64,000 nt of DNA from Bacillota bacterium. Lineage in GTDB: Bacteria; Bacillota; Clostridia; Clostridiales; Clostridiaceae. Position numbers and translations under genes: made by a program. Positions within the stretch are counted from its first letter, which is position 1, and the number at the start of each line of letters is the position of its first letter. Shown here piece after piece: positions 42,336-52,259 of the stretch. Location of the stretch: positions 19,905-83,904 of the forward strand of contig JAFADP010000005.1 of the NCBI GenBank assembly GCA_023424785.1, written 5' to 3'. A model generated the notes under the pieces. The model had not been told where the DNA came from, ran no database searches, and was given only the letters and a program-made list of their open reading frames with translations.

Positions 42336-43400
42336 CTATTTATCTTTAATTATTTCCATCTTATTTAAATCAAGTATATAATTCTCAACCTTCTTATCTT
42401 CTTTAGATTCAATTTCAATTAAAGCCCCTTTATCATTTACACACTTAAGCCTTATAGAATATTTTGACTCTGGAAACTTTTCTTCTATCCCAAACTCATT
42501 TAATAATTCACCTGTAGAATTTCTATAAACTCTTATATAACTACCTTTTTCATTATTAATTTGAACGATTAATTGTCCATCATCACTAGAAAATAACATT
42601 TCTTTTATATCGCTTCCATCTATTAAGTCGTACCCTATAACCTTATCTGCAATAGGTGTTTCTAATGCTTTTTCAAGTTTTAAATCAGTATCATTATTAT
42701 TCTTATTCTCATTATTTTGACTTGATTCTTCCTGACCTAACGTACTTTGGGATTCTTTAATAGTTGCTAATAAAATACAGCTCTTTTCATTATTTGATGT
42801 TACTATTCCTATCTTATCCCCATTAAATCCTATTGCCACTCTACTAAATTTAACATTATCTATAGATTTTTTATTTAATACTACATCTGAGCCTTTTGAA
42901 TATACTTCATTAGGTAAATCTTTAATTCTTAATAGAAGATTATTATTACCAATCTCTTCATTTGTTATTCTTAAATTACCTTCTTTTTCATAAACCTCAT
43001 TATTACTTTTTGCTTTTATTTCATCAATTAAATAGCTATTACCATCCTTTATTATTTTTATACTCATTTCATCTAGATCAGCTCTTAAATTTTCCTCATC
43101 TTTTCTTATTACCATATAATCTATTTTTGCAAAATCTGCTCCTTCTATAGTTTTCTCAGTTCTATATGCACCTACTTTATTTTCTCCTATGTGTTTATAA
43201 TCTTCTTGTTTCTTAACATTATCAGTACATATCTTATCTATATCAGATATACTTCCATAAGTTAAAGATTGCATAAATTTATTTCCTACTTCTTTTGCTT
43301 TATAAACATCAAAAAAATCTTCATTATTTTTAGTACTATTACATCCAATTAATAAAATAAGCATTAGGACTACTATATAAAAAACTAACTTCCTCTTCAT
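42336..43400 (-). CDS. Hypothetical lipoprotein
   Basis: Lipobox LIGC; AAGGAG RBS; sigmaF/G-like promoter upstream. Confidence 0.75.
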   Translation of the reverse strand: MKRKLVFYIVVLMLILLIGCNSTKNNEDFFDVYKAKEVGNKFMQSLTYGSISDIDKICTDNVKKQEDYKHIGENKVGAYRTEKTIEGADFAKIDYMVIRKDEENLRADLDEMSIKIIKDGNSYLIDEIKAKSNNEVYEKEGNLRITNEEIGNNNLLLRIKDLPNEVYSKGSDVVLNKKSIDNVKFSRVAIGFNGDKIGIVTSNNEKSCILLATIKESQSTLGQEESSQNNENKNNNDTDLKLEKALETPIADKVIGYDLIDGSDIKEMLFSSDDGQLIVQINNEKGSYIRVYRNSTGELLNEFGIEEKFPESKYSIRLKCVNDKGALIEIESKEDKKVENYILDLNKMEIIKDK

Positions 43401-43532
43401 AAATAATTCTCCTTTTCAGTATTAATATATTTAGTTTTCCTTAGTGAATAATCTCTTATACTTATTACTAGAATAAATATACTTTTTACATTATATAATG
43501 TTAATAGAATAAATACTTAAAGGGATGTTTAT

Positions 43533-44585
43533 ATGAAAAAAGAAACCTTAAAAATCTTTCAAGTAGCTGTTGTTTTCATAGGAACAATAGTAGGAGCTGG
43601 ATTAGCCTCTGGAAAAGAAATAACACAGTTTTTCACTGCATTTGGATATAAAAGTTTCTTAGGAATTATATTTTGTGGTATTTTCTATATAATTATAGGA
43701 ACTATAATATCTAAAATTAGTATAGCTCATAATTTAAATTCATATAGTGATATGATGAATACTATAAGTCCTAATATATTATCTAAGGTTACTGGAGTAA
43801 TTACTACATTATATCTAATATCAAGTGCTTCTATAATACTTGCTGGAACTGGATCTCTCCTTAACCAGTTTTTTGGTATACCAAAGTTTTTAGGTTCATG
43901 CATTCTTTTATGTTGTGCAGTTATTTTCTTACTTAAAGGAACAAATGGATTAATACAAGTTAACTCCTTTATTGTACCTTGTTTAATAACCATAATATCA
44001 ATAATATCAATTCTATATATAATATTCTGTAGAGACATGCTTTCCATTAATAATATTATGAGTATTGAACCTAAAAAAAATGGAATATTAATATCAACAT
44101 TATTATATGCTGGTTATAATACTCTTTGCTCTTCTGGAGTATTAGTTCCTCTTAGCACAGAAATGAAAAGTTCTAAAGTAATGACTAAAGGTTTAATACT
44201 TGGATCAATTGGTTTAACCCTTCTTTGTCTTATGATTAATTTAATGCTTACTGTAAATCAACCCTATATATACAATTATGAAATTCCACTTTTATTTATA
44301 GCTCAACGATTTGGTCCACTAGTTCAAAGTTTCTTACTTATAATAATCTGGTTTGAAATGTTCTCTACTGAAGTATCTGATGTTTATTCTATAAGTAAAA
44401 CAATAGAACAAACTTTTCACATTGATTTTAAAAAAGGAATTTTTATAGTTTTAGCTTGTGCTCTTCCTATTTCTCAAATAGGTTTTTCTAATTTAATATC
44501 TACTCTTTATCCCCTTTTTGGAATACTAAGCCTAATATTTATAACACAATGCTTTTTATTCTATTTTAAACATAAAGAATCTTAA
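43533..44585 (+). CDS. YkvI-family membrane protein (APC-like transporter)
   Basis: FIGTIVGAGLASGKEI..FF motif, about 10 TM helices, FSNLISTLYP.FG. Confidence 0.88.
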   Translation: MKKETLKIFQVAVVFIGTIVGAGLASGKEITQFFTAFGYKSFLGIIFCGIFYIIIGTIISKISIAHNLNSYSDMMNTISPNILSKVTGVITTLYLISSASIILAGTGSLLNQFFGIPKFLGSCILLCCAVIFLLKGTNGLIQVNSFIVPCLITIISIISILYIIFCRDMLSINNIMSIEPKKNGILISTLLYAGYNTLCSSGVLVPLSTEMKSSKVMTKGLILGSIGLTLLCLMINLMLTVNQPYIYNYEIPLLFIAQRFGPLVQSFLLIIIWFEMFSTEVSDVYSISKTIEQTFHIDFKKGIFIVLACALPISQIGFSNLISTLYPLFGILSLIFITQCFLFYFKHKES

Positions 44586-44654
44586 ATTTTACTTTTACCT
44601 TAAAGTATTGATATAAATATCTCATAGATTTATAATTTAAGGAGATTTTACTCT

Positions 44655-45575
44655 ATGAGGTGTTTTATGAAATATTCTAATATGCTAGAAAATTGCATTT
44701 TATGTAAAAGAAAATGTGGAGTAAATAGACTTAATGGTGAGTTAGGCTTTTGTAGAGCTTCACATAAATTAAAGGTTGCACGTGCAGAATTACATATGTG
44801 GGAGGAGCCTCCTATATCTTGTAATAACGGCTCTGGAACAGTATTTTTTTCTCACTGCAACTTAAACTGTGTATTTTGTCAAAATCATGATATAAGCCAA
44901 GAATTTAATGGTGCATATATTACAATAGAAAGATTAAGTGAAATATTTTTAGAACTTCAAAATAAAAATGCAAATAATATTAACTTAGTAACTCCAACAC
45001 ATTATGTACCTCAAATAATAGAGGCAATAGAAGTAGCAAAATTAAAAGGATTAAATATACCTATTTTATATAATACTAATAGTTATGATTCATTAGATAC
45101 TATAAAATCATTAGATGGATATATAGATGTATACTTACCTGACTTTAAATACTTTAATGATAAGTATTCAGTTAAATACTCAAAAGCATCTAATTATCTA
45201 GAAAATATAATTCCCATACTTAAAGAAATGGTAAGACAAACTGGGAAAGTACAATTTGATGATAAAGGAAGAATTAAAAAAGGTGTGATTATAAGACATC
45301 TTATGTTACCAGGCTTATTATTTGACTCTAAAAAAGTTATTGATATTATATATAACACATTTAAAGATGATGTTTATATTAGTATAATGAATCAATATAC
45401 ACCTATGTTCAACTCATCTTTATATCCAGAAATAAATAAAACATTAAATCCAAAGCACTATGATTCATTAATAGATTATGCTGCATCTATAGGTATAGTA
45501 AATGGATTTATACAGGATGAGGGCTCAAATACTACTGAGTTTATTCCTAATTTTAATTTACAAGGGGTATTATAA
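44655..45575 (+). CDS. Radical SAM protein, PflX family
   Basis: CILCKRKC..NR, HMWEEP, GSGTVFFSHCNLNCVFCQN, NINLVTPTH, RHLMLP. Confidence 0.9.
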   Translation: MRCFMKYSNMLENCILCKRKCGVNRLNGELGFCRASHKLKVARAELHMWEEPPISCNNGSGTVFFSHCNLNCVFCQNHDISQEFNGAYITIERLSEIFLELQNKNANNINLVTPTHYVPQIIEAIEVAKLKGLNIPILYNTNSYDSLDTIKSLDGYIDVYLPDFKYFNDKYSVKYSKASNYLENIIPILKEMVRQTGKVQFDDKGRIKKGVIIRHLMLPGLLFDSKKVIDIIYNTFKDDVYISIMNQYTPMFNSSLYPEINKTLNPKHYDSLIDYAASIGIVNGFIQDEGSNTTEFIPNFNLQGVL

Positions 45576-45592
45576 AAATAATACCCCTATTT

Positions 45593-46882
45593 TTATAACA
45601 TCCTACTATTAAATCTTGATATATTAAATAAATCTTCATTTCCTCTTAATTCAGCAATTCTAGTTACACCTACATAAACATCAGAAATCTTATACCAAGT
45701 AGCATAATCTACTATTCCTGTAATAGGTAGGTTAAATACTTCTTGGAATACTCTTACTGCTTCTGCAGTTGTATTTCCAAAAACTCCATCTTCAGCTAAC
45801 TTAGGTATTAGTGGATAGTTCTTAGATATTCTATTTAAAAATTCTTGAAGCATTCTTACAGATTCTCCGGATGAACCTACAGTTAAATCATATCCTGGAT
45901 AAGATGCGGGACTTCCCTTTACTGCTTCTGCAGTATCTAGCTCTATATCATTTCCGTAATAATATGTTAATATTTCATATGGAACTTTTCCTTGGTCTCC
46001 TAAATACTTACTTCCCCATTGACTTAACCATTGAGGACAAGTTACATTCTTTCCATCACAATATTGTGCAAGTAATGGTTGTTTTCTTCCAAACCTTTTA
46101 ATATAAGTAGAAAATATCTCGTCTACTACTGAACTTATATTATCATAAATATTTCTTCCGTAATTAAAGGCATGATCATATGCAGTAGAACTTGTTATAT
46201 CAAAGTTCTTTCCCTTTCCTCTGTACCATTCTGTATAGATTCTATTAAGAGTAAATGATATTATACAAAAAACATTAGCTCTTATAGTGCTATCTGGCCA
46301 AGTTGAGTATATTTCACTACTTGCAACATTTTTTATATACTCTTTATATGGAACAGTATAATTAGGTGCAGATGCATCATTCGGACTACCTTGATGTACT
46401 ATAATATATTCTGGTATAACAGGTTGTTGAAGAACTACTCCACTAGATGGTAGAGGTAATGGTTTATCTGGATTTTCAGGTATTTTAGCTGGATAATTAC
46501 CAAATAACGTATTAGGTAATACTATTATGGTCTCTGCTCTGGTAGCTCTACTTCCACCCTCAGTTAAATTAACCCTCTGATAAGCAGTTCTTTCCGGAAA
46601 AATTTGAGCTTCTCTTATTATTACAGGTTGAAATCCAGCCCTTTCAACCGTTATGTTATATAAACTATAAGGCATATTATTTGATGGCTGTTGAGAATAT
46701 TCTAAAGGTGGTGCTTTTAAGTCTACAGTAGAAGTAGTTCCCTCTGTATTAGTTTCTAGTTGTGCCGATGTAGTTCCTACAGCTTCTCCTTGTGATGGTT
46801 CTACTGTTACCTTACACTTATCTACTGGTATATAGCTATCTCCATTAAAACATTGAACCTCTAATCTCCCTATAAATTCCAT
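45593..46882 (-). CDS. sleC: Spore cortex-lytic enzyme, pre-pro form
   Basis: YIKNVASSEIYSTW, NRIYTEWY, C-terminal peptidoglycan-binding domain; Val149-Val150 at the position of the C. perfringens Csp cleavage site. Confidence 0.93.
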   Translation of the reverse strand: MEFIGRLEVQCFNGDSYIPVDKCKVTVEPSQGEAVGTTSAQLETNTEGTTSTVDLKAPPLEYSQQPSNNMPYSLYNITVERAGFQPVIIREAQIFPERTAYQRVNLTEGGSRATRAETIIVLPNTLFGNYPAKIPENPDKPLPLPSSGVVLQQPVIPEYIIVHQGSPNDASAPNYTVPYKEYIKNVASSEIYSTWPDSTIRANVFCIISFTLNRIYTEWYRGKGKNFDITSSTAYDHAFNYGRNIYDNISSVVDEIFSTYIKRFGRKQPLLAQYCDGKNVTCPQWLSQWGSKYLGDQGKVPYEILTYYYGNDIELDTAEAVKGSPASYPGYDLTVGSSGESVRMLQEFLNRISKNYPLIPKLAEDGVFGNTTAEAVRVFQEVFNLPITGIVDYATWYKISDVYVGVTRIAELRGNEDLFNISRFNSRML

Positions 46883-46909
46883 TAATTACTCCTTTTCATT
46901 TCTTGCTGT

Positions 46910-46938
46910 TAATATATGATTTTAAATATATTATTGTG
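46910..46938 (-). promoter_or_regulatory. sigmaK-type promoter of sleC
   Basis: Minus strand CACA-N16-CATATATTA. Confidence 0.6.
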
Positions 46939-49900
46939 AGTTTTTCTTAGGAGCTCTAATAAACAAACTGCCTATATTATACTCATTTATATTAACATTT
47001 ATATTTCCTCTAGATTCATAATATTCACCTCTTATTGCATCAAATATTTCACTAACATTTATCATTCCATATCCCCATTCCCTATTAGGATAAACATCTC
47101 CAGCTCTCATCTTTGCTCCTCTAATAATATATGATATTAATTGTTCTGCAGTTATATCCACCTTATTACCATCAACTATTCCCCACTGAAATATAAGAAT
47201 ACATATACCAGCTGCTATAGATGTAGCTACTGAAGATCCTGTAGCAACTCCTATTCCCCCTCCTGGTTTTATTACCTTTGCATTAATTCCTCCAGCTGCA
47301 ATATCTGGTTTTATTGTTCCATCCCTTAAAAATCCTCTGCCAGATGAACCAACTACCGAATTATTATTTTGGTTATAATATGCTACAGATACAGACGTTC
47401 TTGCCCCAGATGGGATTGTCAATGTTGTATATGGACTTGGATTAATAAATCTTGTATCTTTCTCTAATAAACTTCTCTGAGGTAACCATGCCCAATACCT
47501 CCCATCAACTATATAATCTCCATGTAATGTAAATCTCCATATACCCTCCCTTAATCCCTTTGCTCTGATTGTTATTAATTCATCTCCATTAACTGGTTCT
47601 GGTATAGAATAATTAATTGCCATAATAGTTCCTTCATAAGTAAACTTTATATCTTCTTTTCCTCCTAACTTAGTTGATATTTTTTCAATAACTTCTCCTG
47701 ATGGTGACGTTACTGAAACTGAAACTACATCAGGTTTACTAATCCATACTTGAAAATTAATATTCTTTTGATTTTTATCTACTTTTAACTCTATAACATT
47801 AGTAGCACCAGTACTATCAATTTTTCCCTCTGTGTGTGTATCTGTATCACCTTCATTTCCGGTACCGGATACAAATACTACACCAACCTGTCTTGATAAT
47901 CCAGTTATAAAACCATCTAATGTTCCTAATCCGCCATGAGCTCCAATATTACTTCCAAAAGATATTAATATAACTATTGGTCTTTTTAACTCTATAGCTA
48001 ATAATGATAAATATCTAAATGCTGATAATATATCAATAGTATCATATCTATTATTCTCTTGATTTGTAACTCCTGCTTCACTTATAACTAACCCATTAGC
48101 TTCCCTTAACTTAACTACTGCAATATCACAATTTGGTGCAATTCCAATCAAGTCATTATTTTTTCCCCTTGCAGCTGCTAAACCTGAAACCATTGTTCCA
48201 TGGCCATTAAGATCTCTGCTAGGAACTACACTATAAGGATCTCCACCTGACTTTTCAAGCTTTATTGCCTCATTTATTTGTTCTTCTGTATATTCAGTTC
48301 CAAGTTTTAAACCATATACTTCTTTTTCTGAATTTATAGTCTGATCCCATATTCTCAGAATTCTTGTAGTATCATCCTCCTTTTGAAATTCTGTATTTAG
48401 ATAATCTATTCCTGTATCAACTACCCCTAAAATAACACCCCTACCATTTAAATTAAGGTAAGGATTGTTATGATAAAATGTTGCATCACTTGCTTCCAAT
48501 GGTGATATATCATTTAAAGTAAATATTTCTGGTGTTATATCATTAACTAAGCTTTTTATATAATTAAATATTATCGGTATCTTATTTATTGGTAAATATA
48601 CTATTCCATATAATTCACTTAATGTAACAGCTGAAACTCCCTCAATATTATTTAACTGTAAAAACTTATCCCTATCTGCATACTCAGCTATAAAACCTAC
48701 AACTTCTGTACTTTCAATATTATATTCAAAAAATAAATTGAAAATATTATCTTGCCTAAAGATATTTTTTCTTGTACTTACTATATTTAATGTTTTATAA
48801 AGCTCATTCATACTGTTATATAAACATACCTCCCCATATCCCCAACTTGTATCAGGATATACTATATCTCTTCTTTCTTTTTTAGATCCTATTATTAAAA
48901 AGTATTTTAGTCTCTCACCATAAAGATATGGATCATTTCCTCTTAAAATTCCCCATTCCATCATTAATGCACTTATTCCTGATACATGAGGTGCTGCCAT
49001 AGATGTTCCACTTTTTATGTCGAATGATCTATTAGGTATTGGTGCTGATATTCCTTCTCCAGGAGCCACTAAGTCCGGCTTAGCTTCTAAATATAATTCA
49101 TACTGCCTTCCTCTTCCACTAAATGAAGATATAGATTTTGTTAAATAATTATAACTTCCAACAGATATTACATTTGGAACTGTTGCTGGTATTCCCAAAG
49201 TTCCATCTAAAGTAGGTTGAAGAAATTTTGTCCTCTTATTTAACCCTTCTGATATAGGTAACCACATATCAAAAATACCTTCATACTCATTATTTACTCT
49301 TAATTCAATTGTCCATGTGCCAGATAATATATAATTTCCGTCTGATATAAGAGATATTCCTATCTCTCCACTTATATCAAATGGCCTTGGACCTGTATCA
49401 TATATTTGATACCTATTTCCAGATATAACTCCTTCATAAAATCCTTCGGACACTGATATCTCAGAAGTTGAGACTCCAGATGGTGTTGTAAGTATTAATG
49501 AAATATTAGGCAAAATTGATTTATATAAATTAATAACTACTGCTGTTTCATCTTCTGCCACCTCAAATTTTATTATATTAACTTTATTAAGATCCCTACT
49601 TACGTGATGTGCTGCATCACCTTCATTTCCTGCTGCAATTACTATTGTTACTCTATCTAAACTAGATACTGTACTTATATATTGCTCTAAAAGACTTGTT
49701 CCATTATGAGCGCCATCATTTGTACTCATACTTATATTTATAGCTAAAGGCATCTTTAATTCAATTGACTTATCAATTAGAAACTTTATTCCTTTCATTA
49801 AGTTTGTACTTAGTGTAAATAATCCTCTCCCACTTTTAACCATCATTATAGAACTTCTAGGTGCAACTCCATAATATCTTGGATTTATATTTCCACCTGC

Positions 49901-50494
49901 ACAAGCTATCCCTACTACATGAGTTCCATGTTCTACATTGTCATAGGATGGTACTATAGAATAAGGATCTCTATTCTTTAATGCTTCATTTATTTGAGCC
50001 TTATTATATATTGCTCCATTTAAGCTTAAATCATAAATATACTCCACCCTTGTTGTTCCATCTTCATTTAAAAATGCTGGATGAGTATAATCTATTCCCG
50101 TATCTATAAATCCAATTACAACTCCTTCTCCTTGTAAATTAAACTCACTTCTAGCTCTATCTATGCATGCTGCTTTATTACTGCTTGAATCAGATAGATA
50201 TAAACTTTTAGGGAATTCTATATATTGTACATAAGGACTTTTTGCAAGAGATATTACTTCATTAATCTTTATAGTTATTATCCCAAAACCATATCCTAAA
50301 TCCTGTAAGGTTCCTCCTAAGCTATCCACTAATGCTCTGACCTCATTTAATTGTTCACCATATAAAACTACAACTTCTATATCTTCATTTTCATTGGCAC
50401 TAAATAACGATGATATATTTAGCTTTCCTAAAACTTCTTTTGGAACATTTTTTAATAGATTAAAAGTGTTACCTATACTTTCTATAGTCATCAC
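46931..50494 (-). CDS. cspBA: Tandem subtilisin-like (S8) germination protease fusion, CspBA type
   Basis: Two S8 modules, each with prodomain and jelly-roll insert: DTG/HGTHV/GTSMAAP and DTG/HGTMV/GSSVA; directly upstream of sleC. Confidence 0.88.
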   Translation of the reverse strand: MMTIESIGNTFNLLKNVPKEVLGKLNISSLFSANENEDIEVVVLYGEQLNEVRALVDSLGGTLQDLGYGFGIITIKINEVISLAKSPYVQYIEFPKSLYLSDSSSNKAACIDRARSEFNLQGEGVVIGFIDTGIDYTHPAFLNEDGTTRVEYIYDLSLNGAIYNKAQINEALKNRDPYSIVPSYDNVEHGTHVVGIACAGGNINPRYYGVAPRSSIMMVKSGRGLFTLSTNLMKGIKFLIDKSIELKMPLAINISMSTNDGAHNGTSLLEQYISTVSSLDRVTIVIAAGNEGDAAHHVSRDLNKVNIIKFEVAEDETAVVINLYKSILPNISLILTTPSGVSTSEISVSEGFYEGVISGNRYQIYDTGPRPFDISGEIGISLISDGNYILSGTWTIELRVNNEYEGIFDMWLPISEGLNKRTKFLQPTLDGTLGIPATVPNVISVGSYNYLTKSISSFSGRGRQYELYLEAKPDLVAPGEGISAPIPNRSFDIKSGTSMAAPHVSGISALMMEWGILRGNDPYLYGERLKYFLIIGSKKERRDIVYPDTSWGYGEVCLYNSMNELYKTLNIVSTRKNIFRQDNIFNLFFEYNIESTEVVGFIAEYADRDKFLQLNNIEGVSAVTLSELYGIVYLPINKIPIIFNYIKSLVNDITPEIFTLNDISPLEASDATFYHNNPYLNLNGRGVILGVVDTGIDYLNTEFQKEDDTTRILRIWDQTINSEKEVYGLKLGTEYTEEQINEAIKLEKSGGDPYSVVPSRDLNGHGTMVSGLAAARGKNNDLIGIAPNCDIAVVKLREANGLVISEAGVTNQENNRYDTIDILSAFRYLSLLAIELKRPIVILISFGSNIGAHGGLGTLDGFITGLSRQVGVVFVSGTGNEGDTDTHTEGKIDSTGATNVIELKVDKNQKNINFQVWISKPDVVSVSVTSPSGEVIEKISTKLGGKEDIKFTYEGTIMAINYSIPEPVNGDELITIRAKGLREGIWRFTLHGDYIVDGRYWAWLPQRSLLEKDTRFINPSPYTTLTIPSGARTSVSVAYYNQNNNSVVGSSGRGFLRDGTIKPDIAAGGINAKVIKPGGGIGVATGSSVATSIAAGICILIFQWGIVDGNKVDITAEQLISYIIRGAKMRAGDVYPNREWGYGMINVSEIFDAIRGEYYESRGNINVNINEYNIGSLFIRAPKKNSQ

Positions 50495-50515
50495 TCCAAA
50501 TTACATTAATAACTT

Positions 50516-50544
50516 AATATATGAAAAAAACAGGTGATATATGA
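50516..50544 (-). promoter_or_regulatory. sigmaE-type promoter of cspBA, overlapping the upstream gene's terminator
   Basis: Minus strand TCATATA-N14-CATATATT. Confidence 0.65.
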
Positions 50545-50569
50545 AAATTCACATATCACCTGTTACCTA

Positions 50570-51253
50570 TTATAAATTTATCTCTATTCTTTCTAACTTA
50601 GCTATAATTCTTACACTATTTAGCTCCACAGTTTCAGTTCTTACAGAACCTTCATTACTTACTAATAAAGCTTTCGAATTTCCTAAAACTTTAATTTGTC
50701 TTATTACTCTTTTACCATTATACTCTACTAAAAATATTCCATTATTACTAGCTTCCTTAACTAAATGAGCAAATGCTAAGTCATCTTTCATAATTCTATA
50801 ACCCATCATATCATTATCTTGTATTTTTAAATACAAAACTTTATCTAAAGGATATCCTTCTACCTTACCTGAGTAATTCGGAAGTTCCTTTGACCCATAA
50901 ATATTCTTTAAGTTATAATCATAAATATTTATTTTCTTTAAAACAGAGGAAAAAGCATCAGTCCAAACTTCAGATGTTTCATTCTTTTTATTCATAGCTA
51001 TTGGTCTATTTTGAGCTCTCTCAAGCTTCTTTTCCTCAGCTAATACTTCATCTGTAACTACCATACTTATATCATTTAACTCTACATTAAGAATTTTTGA
51101 AGCTCTTTCTATGAAACTTTCCTGAACAACTCTTCTTCCTAATTCAACTTCATTTATAAATTTATCAGAAACTCCAAGTTTCTTTCCAAGAGCTTTTTGG
51201 GTAAGTCCTGACTTTAAACGTGCCTTTTTTATATTCTCCCCTACTCTACTCAT
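50570..51253 (-). CDS. XRE-type HTH regulator with degenerate S24 (LexA/CI-like) C-terminal domain
   Basis: HTH LTQKALGKKLGVS...VELG; C-terminal QDNDMMGYRIMKDDL and VIRQI. Confidence 0.85.
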   Translation of the reverse strand: MSRVGENIKKARLKSGLTQKALGKKLGVSDKFINEVELGRRVVQESFIERASKILNVELNDISMVVTDEVLAEEKKLERAQNRPIAMNKKNETSEVWTDAFSSVLKKINIYDYNLKNIYGSKELPNYSGKVEGYPLDKVLYLKIQDNDMMGYRIMKDDLAFAHLVKEASNNGIFLVEYNGKRVIRQIKVLGNSKALLVSNEGSVRTETVELNSVRIIAKLERIEINL

Positions 51254-51255
51254 TA

Positions 51256-51618
51256 TTATCTCTCCCTTTTTTCTCCGTTAGCAAATGCTCTTTCTTCAAT
51301 TAAATGCTCTAGAAGATATTTAAATGTCCAATTAATTGATATTGGTGTAACTACTGCTAACATTCCTCCATTAATAACATTTCTAACAGCTTTTATTGTG
51401 GTTCTCATTTCATTATTTCCATAACCATTAAACAAAATTACCTTTTCATCTGGTAATTCTAAGTTTTCATCTCTATTATCTACTTTGCCAAGAATATCTT
51501 TTAGTTTCATGTTAGCCATATCATTAGTTATATTTAAAACTTTAAATTTAGCTTTCTCTAACTTGTTTATTTCATCATCTGAAAGACCATAAACTAAGAT
51601 ACACTTATTTTTTTGCAT
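51256..51618 (-). CDS. DUF3783 family protein
   Basis: C-terminal AVVTP..INWTF..L.EHL.EER motif. Confidence 0.8.
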   Translation of the reverse strand: MQKNKCILVYGLSDDEINKLEKAKFKVLNITNDMANMKLKDILGKVDNRDENLELPDEKVILFNGYGNNEMRTTIKAVRNVINGGMLAVVTPISINWTFKYLLEHLIEERAFANGEKRER

Positions 51619-51622
51619 AATA

Positions 51623-52147
51623 TTACTCCTCTATTATCTCTGGCTCTTTATATGATTCACCAAATGTTTCAACTGTCATGCTCTTTATTACTTGATCTTC
51701 ATAAGGTCTGTCTGAGTAATCAGTTTTAGTATTTACTATTTTATCTGCAACATCCATACCTTCAATTACTTTTCCAAAAGAAGCATATTGATTATCTAAA
51801 TGTGGAGCATCTTCTACCATTATAAAGAATTGGCTTCCTGCTGAATCTGGATGCATAGCTCTAGCCATAGATAATACTCCTCTAGTATGTTTTAAATCAT
51901 TCTTAAATCCATTACGTCCAAATTCGCCTTTTATACTATATCCTGGACCTCCCATACCATTACCATTTGGGCATCCACCTTGTATCATAAATCCTGGAAT
52001 TACTCTATGAAATATTAATCCATCATAAAATCCCCTATTTATTAAATCAATAAAGTTATTTACTGTATTTGGAGCTGTTTGTGGATATAATTCTGCTTTA
52101 ATAATTCCTCCATCTTCCATAGTTATTGTTACAATTGGATTTTTCAT
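51623..52147 (-). CDS. Cyclophilin-type peptidyl-prolyl cis-trans isomerase
   Basis: FHRVIPGFMIQGG, LSMARA..PDSAGSQFFI, FGKV. Confidence 0.96.
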   Translation of the reverse strand: MKNPIVTITMEDGGIIKAELYPQTAPNTVNNFIDLINRGFYDGLIFHRVIPGFMIQGGCPNGNGMGGPGYSIKGEFGRNGFKNDLKHTRGVLSMARAMHPDSAGSQFFIMVEDAPHLDNQYASFGKVIEGMDVADKIVNTKTDYSDRPYEDQVIKSMTVETFGESYKEPEIIEE

Positions 52148-52259
52148 AAATATATTTCCCCTTTCGTCTAAATCATTTTATTATTCATTTTTATACATAT
52201 TGTTTTTATTATATCCCATTTATTAATTTTTATAAAGAAAAAAAGAGATACATATTTCT

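Noticed and set aside
50570..51253. HTH-S24 gene as lexA or a prophage repressor
   Set aside because: XRE-type HTH rather than the LexA winged helix, catalytic Ser/Lys absent, and no integrase or phage genes nearby.
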